Below, in pieces: positions 9,085 to 16,578 of a stretch of 32,000 bases of DNA. Below the pieces are notes generated by a model that was given only the letters and a program-made list of their open reading frames with translations, was not told the DNA's origin and searched no databases. Position numbers and translations under genes: made by a program. The DNA is taken from contig NZ_CP011304.1 in the NCBI RefSeq assembly GCF_000981785.2, positions 4,200,001-4,232,000 of the forward strand, in the 5' to 3' direction. Position 1 is the stretch's first letter; every line of letters starts with the position of its first letter. Origin of the DNA: Microcystis aeruginosa NIES-2549 (GTDB lineage: Bacteria; Cyanobacteriota; Cyanobacteriia; Cyanobacteriales; Microcystaceae).

Positions 9085-9325
9085 TAGTAATCAGTGATCA
9101 GTAATCAGTAATCAGTAAAAAGACAGTAGGAAACTTCTAAGTACCTAAGCAAAATTAATTACACATATCTAACCACCTCTTGCCTCTTGTCTCTTGCCTC
9201 TTGCCTATCTTCACTAGGAAATTAATTTTGCACGACTACTTATTTAATACTGCACACTTAAAAACTCACATCTGATAACTGATAACTTACCCACTGATAA
9301 CTGATAACTGATAACTGATAACTGA
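9085..9325. repeat. Composite quasi-palindromic repeat block: (CAGTAAT)n ... (CTCTTGC)n ... (CTGATAA)n
   Basis: Arrays lie at 9085-9117, 9177-9206 and 9272-9325. The outer arrays are in inverted orientation. An inner inverted repeat, gcaaaattaatt / aattaattttgc, flanks the central array. Confidence 0.85.
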
Positions 9326-9370
9326 GAGGTGCGCCACTGGAAGTTCTTAAGTGCTACATTAAAAATCAGG

Positions 9371-9398
9371 AAAAGCCGTCGTAAAACGACGGGGTTTT
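9371..9398. terminator. Intrinsic-terminator-like hairpin with A-tract and T-tract (bidirectional type)
   Basis: aaaag-CCGTCGT-aaa-ACGACGG-gg-tttt: a perfect 7-bp stem and 3-nt loop, flanked by A4 and T4. Confidence 0.45.
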
Positions 9399-9422
9399 AA
9401 CCCAAATTTTCGATAACTCGCC

Positions 9423-9458
9423 CGAGGCCTAACAATGTTCGGCCTCGATCAATTTTTT
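9423..9458 (+). terminator. Second terminator-like hairpin followed by T6
   Basis: CGAGGCC-taacaatgttc-GGCCTCG, then atcaatttttt. It lies 75 nt upstream of the Tic20-like start. Confidence 0.35.
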
Positions 9459-9532
9459 CGGTTACGCGAAGTCTGGTGGGCTGCCGGGTTATCTTGGAGA
9501 GAGTTAGCAGTAGTCTCAGGAGACAATAGATT

Positions 9533-10018
9533 ATGACTTGGCGCGGCTCAACCGATACAAAAGATCGCATTTTTGCAGCTTTAGTATATCTTTTACCCTT
9601 ATATTCGGCGGCTTCCGACTTCGGTGACTCTATCTTCCGGCAAATCCCTTTTTTAAAAGAGGCCTTAGCAATAGTTTTAACTCCCTTAGCTTTTCTCTAT
9701 AGTTCTCTGGGAAGCTTTGGCAGTTTAATTATCTTTTTCGTCCTCTTTTTCGCCGTGGTACGCAATCCCCGCATTAGTCATTTTATCCGGTTTAACACCA
9801 TGCAGGCGATTTTAATCGATATTTTGGTGTATTTATTGGGATTGGTCTTAGGTTTCGTCGCTAGGGGTGGAGCGAATTTAGTGGTAGAAACTCTTTTTAA
9901 CGTCGTCTTTTTAGGCGCATTTGCCGCCTGTGTTTACAGCATTATACAGTCGGTTATCGGCAAATACGCCGATATTCCCACAATTTCCGAGGCGGCCTAT
10001 TCTCAAGTGGGAGGTTAG
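9533..10018 (+). CDS. Tic20/Ycf60-like membrane protein
   Basis: Four predicted TM helices. DRIFAALVYLLPL near the N-terminus and FIRFNTMQAILIDI in the middle are typical of cyanobacterial Tic20 homologs as I recall them. Confidence 0.6.
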   Translation: MTWRGSTDTKDRIFAALVYLLPLYSAASDFGDSIFRQIPFLKEALAIVLTPLAFLYSSLGSFGSLIIFFVLFFAVVRNPRISHFIRFNTMQAILIDILVYLLGLVLGFVARGGANLVVETLFNVVFLGAFAACVYSIIQSVIGKYADIPTISEAAYSQVGG

Positions 10019-10091
10019 GTTAACTTGAGTTTGTCCCCTTTTTCGGCTACAGTCTCTCCAGAATCAATGCGTTCGCTGCCAGGCCACATCT

Positions 10092-11465
10092 ATGAGTCCA
10101 TTTAAACAGACGCTACGGGAACTCAACGCTCAGAAGGGGAAAATAGCCGCTTCTGTGGGCAGAAAAACTCCTAAACGAGTTAATCGTTGGTTTAAATGGC
10201 TTTCTCCCGGTCTTTTTGTCAAACGCTGGCTTTTAATCAGTTTAACCGGCGTTTTTCTCACCTCCTTCGGTTTGGCTATTTGGGTAAAATTAACCCCAGT
10301 TAATCGCTTTTTAGAGTTTGTTTCCCAAGCATTAGAAACGATCGCCCGTTTGGTCCCTAATTCTGTTTCTGGGCCGCTGGCGGTTTTGTTGGGTGTCTTT
10401 TTGTTATTCTGGGGTCAGAGTCGCACCGTGGAAACGATTACAGAAGCACTACAACCGGACGCATCGGAGGAATTAGTTGATCTCCTACGCACCCATCGTC
10501 GTCTCCATCGCGGCCCGAAAATTGTGGCCATCGGTGGCGGTACGGGTTTATCGACGCTTTTACGCGGTTTAAAACAGTATAGTTCTAATATCACCGCTAT
10601 TGTCACTGTAGCTGATGATGGCGGTTCTTCGGGCCGATTACGTCGGGAAATGGGCATTTTACCCCCGGGGGATATTCGCAATTGTATCGCCGCTTTAGCC
10701 GATGAGGAAAAGTTATTAACGGAATTGTTTCAATATCGCTTTCATGCCGGGGATGGTTTATCGGGCCACAGTTTTGGTAATTTATTTATCAGCGCTATGA
10801 CCGAGATTACCGGCGATCTGGAACAGGCGATCGATGCTAGTGCCAAAGTTTTGGCAATTCGCGGTAAAGTGCTACCTGCTACCCTTACCGATGTTAGTCT
10901 CTGGGCTAAGTTAGCCGATGGGCGCATTATTGAGGGAGAATCGAAGATAACCGAAGCTATGGGCCAAATTCGTCAGATTGGCTGTCATCCTGCCGATCCC
11001 GTCGCTTTACCGGCGGCTTTAGCGGCGATCAGGGATGCAGATTATATTATCATCGGGCCGGGTAGTCTTTATACCAGTATTATCCCTAATTTGTTGGTTC
11101 CCGCCATTCGTCAGGCCCTGGCACAGGTGACAGTCCCCCGTGTCTATGTTTGTAATATTATGACCCAGCCGGGGGAAACGGATAATTATTCGGTGGCTGA
11201 TCATCTGCGCGCAATTGAAGGAGTCTGTGAAGAACGCATCTTTGATGCGGTTTTGGCCCAAAGAACTGCACCATCGCCCCAATCTCTGCAATTATACGCC
11301 CAAGAGCATAGTCATCCTGTGTTTTTAGATCGCGAGGAGGTGGGGAAAATGGGTTATCGCATTGTTTTAGCGAATGTAATGGCAGAAGATGAAGTTACTG
11401 GCAAAGTTAGTCACGATCCCCAACGTTTAGCCCGAGTTTTATGGCGTTGGTATGCTAAAAAGTGA
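10092..11465 (+). CDS. YvcK/CofD-like (UPF0052) gluconeogenesis-factor family protein with N-terminal TM extension
   Basis: [43 protein letters not shown] and [17 protein letters not shown] are hallmark YvcK/CofD motifs. Confidence 0.85.
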   Translation: MSPFKQTLRELNAQKGKIAASVGRKTPKRVNRWFKWLSPGLFVKRWLLISLTGVFLTSFGLAIWVKLTPVNRFLEFVSQALETIARLVPNSVSGPLAVLLGVFLLFWGQSRTVETITEALQPDASEELVDLLRTHRRLHRGPKIVAIGGGTGLSTLLRGLKQYSSNITAIVTVADDGGSSGRLRREMGILPPGDIRNCIAALADEEKLLTELFQYRFHAGDGLSGHSFGNLFISAMTEITGDLEQAIDASAKVLAIRGKVLPATLTDVSLWAKLADGRIIEGESKITEAMGQIRQIGCHPADPVALPAALAAIRDADYIIIGPGSLYTSIIPNLLVPAIRQALAQVTVPRVYVCNIMTQPGETDNYSVADHLRAIEGVCEERIFDAVLAQRTAPSPQSLQLYAQEHSHPVFLDREEVGKMGYRIVLANVMAEDEVTGKVSHDPQRLARVLWRWYAKK

Positions 11466-11521
11466 AACAATGCCTACTTTTCTGTTTTGCTTACGGCAGT
11501 TATCTTAATGGTGAGAGTCGT

Positions 11522-11598
11522 CAGTTATCAGTTATCAGTTATTAGGTTTGAGTTTTTAGTTGTGAGTTTTCAGTTCACTGTTTACTGTTTACTGTTCA
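11522..11598. repeat. Heptamer arrays (CAGTTAT)n and (ACTGTTT)n flanking a GGTTTGAGTTTTT module
   Basis: 11522-11542 is cagttat x3. 11545-11557 is ggtttgagttttt. 11576-11598 is cactgtttactgtttactgttca. Confidence 0.85.
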
Positions 11599-11617
11599 AT
11601 GAAAAAATCTCCCCCCA

Positions 11618-11975
11618 GGTGCATCTCACATTTACAGGAATACCGACAATCAGCAATTATCAGTGACTCTTAAATGATTACATATATAGCGTTTTTCAGT
11701 CTGCTGAGGTACAAAAGTTATGGTTTTTAGGCAAAAGGCAAGAGGCAAAAGTCAAAAGGGAAGAAAAATAGGTGTACCTCACTAGCTTAGGAAACGCTAT
11801 ATATCAGCAGCTGCCTGTAAGCATCCCACCGAAAAACTAATGCGCTCCAGGGTTTGAGGAGCAGAAACCCTCAAAAGCTGGGATTGAGTCATAGAATCGG
11901 AAGTAATGCTCAATTTTAGCCGAGAGTTTCCCCGTAAAAATCCCAATTGGTAGATTTACAAAAATGAGATGCACC
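11618..11975. mobile_element. MITE-like non-coding element (358 bp) with 11-bp perfect terminal inverted repeats
   Basis: GGTGCATCTCA at 11618-11628 and TGAGATGCACC at 11965-11975. The internal long inverted repeat is atatatagcgttt...gaggtaca / tgtacctc...aaacgctatatat, around a GGCAAAAGGCAAGAGGCAAAAG core. There is no ORF. Confidence 0.5.
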
Positions 11976-11990
11976 CGATGGGAGCGTCAA

Positions 11991-12281
11991 CTAAACTATG
12001 GTCTGAATTAACACAAAAGGTTGCACGATTAGTGTATTAAAAAGGTTATCGGGATGGGAATTCCAATCGCTTAACTGCTCTTGTGTCGGTTTTTCCAGTA
12101 GTTTTTCCCCGATCCAATTCTGCACTTGAGCAACCTGATCACCGGCGATCGCTTCTGCCACTTCGATTAAATTGAGGGAATCGGAAACTAGGATCAGCGC
12201 ATCCCTTTGAGCATGGGGGATCAAGTCACTCCACTCCACTTCGGCTAATTCCTCTAATAACTGCTCGTGAATATTACCCAT
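11991..12281 (-). CDS. DUF2288-like small conserved protein
   Basis: 96-aa acidic protein. The overall pattern (EWSDLIPHAQRDALILV...NWI..G.L..P...Q...W) matches my recollection of DUF2288. Confidence 0.5.
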   Translation of the reverse strand: MGNIHEQLLEELAEVEWSDLIPHAQRDALILVSDSLNLIEVAEAIAGDQVAQVQNWIGEKLLEKPTQEQLSDWNSHPDNLFNTLIVQPFVLIQTIV

Positions 12282-12395
12282 ACTGTCAATCCTTGCGAAA
12301 AAGCTCGCTCAATAACGAATTAGCCCCTTCTTCTAGCATACAGGCAAAGGGACGACCGATTTCCCCATCTATAGTAATGTTAAGCTAAAATATAA

Positions 12396-12405
12396 CGAAC
12401 GTTCG
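12396..12405. promoter_or_regulatory. Candidate TetR operator: perfect 10-bp palindrome CGAACGTTCG in an AT-rich context
   Basis: aaatataaCGAACGTTCGatattaaactt ends 11 nt upstream of the TetR ATG at 12417. Confidence 0.4.
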
Positions 12406-12416
12406 ATATTAAACTT

Positions 12417-12989
12417 ATGCCTAAGATAGTAGATGTAGAACAATACCGAAAAGAACTCCTCTTAAAAAGTGCCGAACTCTTTGCCGAGAAAGGCTATGCT
12501 AACATGACGACGAGAGAATTAGCGCAAGGATTGGGAGTGTCCACGGGAACGCTGTACCACTACTTTCCCAGTAAAGCGGCACTTTTCGAGCAATTAGTCG
12601 AGGAGATGTGCCGGCAGGATGTTTTATTAGCTAAAGTCGAGATCGATCGAGGAAAAACCCTGACAGAAAAGCTAAAAATTCTCGGAAAATTTATGACTAA
12701 TCGCGAGGATTCCTGCATCAAACAATTATTCTTATGGATTGATTATTCTCAATACCAAGGACGAGAAGAACTGCGTCGTAGTCAATTTTTTGAGCGCGTT
12801 GATTGCCGCTATCATCAGGCAGTAATCGAGATTTTAGGTATTAGCGATCCGAGTGTAGCTTGGTTAGTTGTCAGCGTTATTAATGGACTGATATTAGAGC
12901 GCCTGTGGTGCAATGAACAGATTGTGATCGATGAACAAATGGAATTATTAGGTAAAATTCTTACTACTTATTTGCAGAAAAACTGTTAA
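12417..12989 (+). CDS. TetR-family transcriptional regulator
   Basis: N-terminal HTH: FAEKGYANMTTRELAQGLGVSTGTLYHYFPSKAALF. Confidence 0.88.
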   Translation: MPKIVDVEQYRKELLLKSAELFAEKGYANMTTRELAQGLGVSTGTLYHYFPSKAALFEQLVEEMCRQDVLLAKVEIDRGKTLTEKLKILGKFMTNREDSCIKQLFLWIDYSQYQGREELRRSQFFERVDCRYHQAVIEILGISDPSVAWLVVSVINGLILERLWCNEQIVIDEQMELLGKILTTYLQKNC

Positions 12990-13020
12990 CCCGCAACAAT
13001 CACTTATTAACTAAAAAAAT

Positions 13021-14304
13021 ATGAAAGGTAAAACTTTTGTGAAACCAAATCAAAAGTTAATGATCGGGTTAATAGTATTAGGCACAGGATTATTAGGAAT
13101 AACCACCTTTTATAGTCTTTCCCAATTCGCCAGCAAACCCGAAACCAAAACCCCTGTAATTGCGTCACCCGTACCGCAAAAAATCACCGCTTTAGGCAGA
13201 ATTGAACCGAGGACAGAAATTATCAGCATATCTGCCCCGATGTTGCTTGATTCCGATCGAGTCATGCAATTATTAGTCGATGAAGGAGATAGCGTCAAAA
13301 CGGGACAAATAATCGCCATTCTCGAAAGTCAGGAAAGATTAGAGGATAACCTGCGACAGGCACAAGAACAGGTGAAAGTAGCCGCAGCCAAACTAGAACA
13401 GGTGAAAGCTGGGGCAAAAGTCGGCGAAATCGATGCTAATGCCGCTAACGTGCGAAAAATCGAGGCACAATGGGTAGGGGATCAAGCAAACCAACGGACA
13501 ACTATCCAAAGATTAACAGCGCAATTAGAAGGGGATATAGCCGCCCAAAAAGCGACAATTGGCAAATTAGAAGCAGAATATCGCAATGCCAAAGCTGAAT
13601 TCGATCGCTACGAAAAACTCTATCAAGAAGGGGCAATTTCCGCCTCTAGTTTTGATAGTAAAAGACTAAATTTAGAAACCAGTAATCAACAACTCACAGA
13701 AGCAAAAGTTACCCTAGAGAGAATTGAAAGCACCGGTAAACAAGAGATACAAGAAGCCAAGACTACCCTAGTCCGGATTGAATCCACCGGTCAACAGCAG
13801 CTCAAAGAGGCCAGATCCACTTTAAATCAAGTCTCGGAAGTGCGGGGAGTCGATGTGCAGGCAGCCCAAGCGGAGGTAAATGCTGCCCTAGTTGCCGTTA
13901 AAAAAGCCCAAACCGAGTTAAATCAGGCCTATATTCGATCGCCAATTACCGGCAAAGTGATTAAAGTCAATACCCGTATCGGGGAACAAATCAGCGATCA
14001 AGGAATTGTTGACCTTGCTGAAACCGAGCGCATGGAAGTAATTGCCGAAATCTATCAAAGCGATATCGGGAAAATTCGCTCTGGACAAACTGCCACGATT
14101 ACCGGATCGGCGTTTAAGGGCGAAGTTAGCGGAAAAGTGCGCTTAATTGCTTTAAAAGTTGACCAACAAAATATCTTCAGCAATCAACCGGGAGAAAACT
14201 TTGATCGCAAAGTTATCTCTGTCCGCATTGCCTTAGATCGCAAAAACAGTGAAAAAGTGGCAGGTTTAACCAATTCCCAAGTAACTGTAACTATCAATGA
14301 GTAG
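13021..14304 (+). CDS. devB: DevB-family membrane fusion protein (HlyD-like) of an ABC exporter
   Basis: N-terminal TM helix, a long coiled-coil region and a C-terminal beta-barrel (IRSPITGKVIKV). Followed by devC and devA homologs. Confidence 0.8.
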   Translation: MKGKTFVKPNQKLMIGLIVLGTGLLGITTFYSLSQFASKPETKTPVIASPVPQKITALGRIEPRTEIISISAPMLLDSDRVMQLLVDEGDSVKTGQIIAILESQERLEDNLRQAQEQVKVAAAKLEQVKAGAKVGEIDANAANVRKIEAQWVGDQANQRTTIQRLTAQLEGDIAAQKATIGKLEAEYRNAKAEFDRYEKLYQEGAISASSFDSKRLNLETSNQQLTEAKVTLERIESTGKQEIQEAKTTLVRIESTGQQQLKEARSTLNQVSEVRGVDVQAAQAEVNAALVAVKKAQTELNQAYIRSPITGKVIKVNTRIGEQISDQGIVDLAETERMEVIAEIYQSDIGKIRSGQTATITGSAFKGEVSGKVRLIALKVDQQNIFSNQPGENFDRKVISVRIALDRKNSEKVAGLTNSQVTVTINE

Positions 14305-15484
14305 GTTTTCCATGAAACTAACCCATCTATTCAAAAAAACGCCCCTATCTTGGTTACAGGTGACGCGAGAGAAAACCCGTTTGATCGTGGCTATTGCCGG
14401 GATTGCCTTTGCTGACTTCTTAATTTTCACACAGTTGGGGTTTCGGGATGCCTTATTTGATGCTTCCGTTAAACCCCATTATGTCCTCGATGCGGATTTA
14501 GTCCTGATTAACCCCCAATTCGACACCCTCTTTGCTGTGAAAAGTTTCTCACGCGATCGCTTGTACCAAGCTCAAAGAGTCGAGGGCATTCAATCTTTAG
14601 CCTCAGTTTATATTGCTTCGGCCCAGTGGCGCAATCCCGAAACTGCCCTAGAAAGAACTACTTTAGTCTTTGGTTTTGATCCCAGTCAACGGGTTTTTAC
14701 CCTCCCGGAAGTCAATCAAAAATCTAGTGATCTAAAGATGTTAAATCGCGTCTTGTACGATCAAGCAGGAAGACCAGAATTCGGTCCAATTGCCGATTTA
14801 CTCCAGAAAAACCCCGATTTGACAGTTCAGTTAAATAAAAAAGAGGTACAGGTAGCGGGAATTTTTACCCTTGGTGCCTCCTTTGCTGCCGATAGTAACG
14901 TCATTAGCAGTGATTCTACCTTTTTAAGGCTCTTTCCCGAACGTCAACCCCACGAAATCGATATAGGACTGGTGAAACTGCAAGCGGGGGCAAATATCGA
15001 AGCAGTTAAGGTCAATTTACAGGCACTTTTTCCTAAAAATGAAGTAATTGTCCTTACTTTAAAAGAATTTGCTGAAAGGGAAAAAACCTATTGGGCAAAT
15101 GGTACAGCCATTGGTTTTATCTTTGGTTTAGGTACAGTAGTCGGTTTTATCGTCGGTATCGTCATTGTCTATCAGATTCTCTATTCCGATGTCACCGATC
15201 ACTTACCCGAATACGCTACCCTAAAAGCTATGGGTTACGGTGATTGGTATTTAGTCGGGGTTTTGATGCAAGAGGCCTTATTACTAGCGGTTTTGGGGTA
15301 TATACCCGGCTTTATCGTCTCTCTCGGTGTTTATAATCTCGCTTCCTCCGCTACACTTTTACCGATAGTGATGACTACCGCTAGGGCGATCGAAGTTTTA
15401 ATCCTAACAGTTATTATGTGTATTGCCTCTGGAATTGTCGCCATGGGGAAATTAAGGACAGCAGATCCAGCCGATATTTTTTAA
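14297..15484 (+). CDS. devC: DevC-family ABC exporter permease (FtsX-like)
   Basis: N-terminal TM helix, a large periplasmic domain and a C-terminal FtsX-type 3-TM domain (YATLKAMGY). Overlaps the devB stop by 8 nt. Confidence 0.8.
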   Translation: MSRFSMKLTHLFKKTPLSWLQVTREKTRLIVAIAGIAFADFLIFTQLGFRDALFDASVKPHYVLDADLVLINPQFDTLFAVKSFSRDRLYQAQRVEGIQSLASVYIASAQWRNPETALERTTLVFGFDPSQRVFTLPEVNQKSSDLKMLNRVLYDQAGRPEFGPIADLLQKNPDLTVQLNKKEVQVAGIFTLGASFAADSNVISSDSTFLRLFPERQPHEIDIGLVKLQAGANIEAVKVNLQALFPKNEVIVLTLKEFAEREKTYWANGTAIGFIFGLGTVVGFIVGIVIVYQILYSDVTDHLPEYATLKAMGYGDWYLVGVLMQEALLLAVLGYIPGFIVSLGVYNLASSATLLPIVMTTARAIEVLILTVIMCIASGIVAMGKLRTADPADIF

Positions 15485-15502
15485 ACTATCAAGGGTGAAA
15501 TA

Positions 15503-16222
15503 ATGCCGATTTTTCAAAAAGAGCGAGAATTAGTCGATTTTAGCCCTAATGAACCCGTAATTGCTATTAAAGGCTTAAATCACTATTTTGGCACGGGGGA
15601 ATTAAAAAAACAGGTTTTATACGATATCGATCTGGAAATTAAAGCGGGGGAAGTAGTGATTATGACTGGTCCTTCGGGATCGGGGAAAACTACTTTATTG
15701 AGTTTAATGGGAGGTTTGCGATCGGCACAAGCGGGCAGTTTAAAAATTCTCGGCCAAGAAATGTTAGGAATTAGTAAGGGCAAAATGCTGAAAATTCGCC
15801 GACAAATTGGCTATATTTTTCAAGCACATAATTTACTAAAATTCCTGACAGCGAAACAAAACGTTAGGATGTCTTTGGAACTGCACGAGGAGTTTTTAGA
15901 ACAAGATCTCGATCAAAAAGCCACGGCAATTTTGGAATCGGTGGGTTTAGGGGACCGCGTTGATTATTATCCCCACGATCTATCGGGGGGACAAAAACAA
16001 CGGGTTGCGATCGCTCGCGCCCTCGTCAGTCATCCCAAATTAGTCCTCGCCGATGAACCGACCGCGGCCTTAGATAAACAATCCGGGCGCGATGTGGTGG
16101 AAATCATGCAGAAATTGGCAAAAGAACAAGGTTGCACGATTTTACTCGTCACCCACGATAACCGGATTCTCGACATCGCTGATCGCATTGTCAACATGGA
16201 GGATGGTCGTTTAGGCGATTAA
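15503..16222 (+). CDS. devA: DevA-family ABC exporter ATP-binding protein
   Basis: Walker A GPSGSGKTT, signature LSGGQKQRVAIARAL, Walker B LVLADEPTAALD, H-loop VTHD. Confidence 0.88.
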   Translation: MPIFQKERELVDFSPNEPVIAIKGLNHYFGTGELKKQVLYDIDLEIKAGEVVIMTGPSGSGKTTLLSLMGGLRSAQAGSLKILGQEMLGISKGKMLKIRRQIGYIFQAHNLLKFLTAKQNVRMSLELHEEFLEQDLDQKATAILESVGLGDRVDYYPHDLSGGQKQRVAIARALVSHPKLVLADEPTAALDKQSGRDVVEIMQKLAKEQGCTILLVTHDNRILDIADRIVNMEDGRLGD

Positions 16223-16283
16223 CCGCCCAAAAATTACTTGCCAAAAATCGGCCTTTCATGTTAGACTAAGATAATGTCATCGT

Positions 16284-16375
16284 GGAGAGGTGGCAGAGTG
16301 GTCGAATGCGGCAGATTGCTAATCTGTTGTACGAATCGTAAGACCGTACCGAGGGTTCGAATCCCTCCCTCTCCG
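16284..16375 (+). tRNA. tRNA-Ser (anticodon GCU)
   Basis: The acceptor stem is GGAGAGG/CCTCTCC plus discriminator G. The anticodon loop is TTGCTAA. The variable arm is long (GTAC...GTAC). The T-arm is GAGGG-TTCGAAT-CCCTC. Confidence 0.92.
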
Positions 16376-16578
16376 TATTCTTTCGTTAGGTTCGATAACT
16401 GCTCGCCATGATTATTTCTGCTCCGTATATAGTCCGGCGGTATTGACCCCCTCACTTGCCCCGACGGAATGGAGATTCTCAAACCGGTAGAGGGTGAAAT
16501 ATTGGCAATTTGGGCGGAAAAAATGGCAACGGCCACGGTAATTGCCGTGCGCTGTGTCCAGCGTACCGCCACAGGTCT

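Larger units (their letters stand above)
7767..9090 (-). mobile_element. Stand-alone IS200/IS605-family (IS1341-type) element carrying tnpB only; boundaries approximate
   Basis: tnpB has no adjacent tnpA. A GC-rich subterminal hairpin at 7778-7800 sits 11 nt from the hoxF stop. A heptamer array begins at about 9085 on the upstream side. The left-end boundary is not resolved. Confidence 0.6.

Noticed and set aside
16261-16572. A 103-aa minus-strand ORF lies between devA and mrdA.
   Set aside because: It runs straight through the tRNA-Ser gene on the opposite strand; its tail EGGIRTLG is the usual translation of a tRNA T-arm. No start context or motif supports it.
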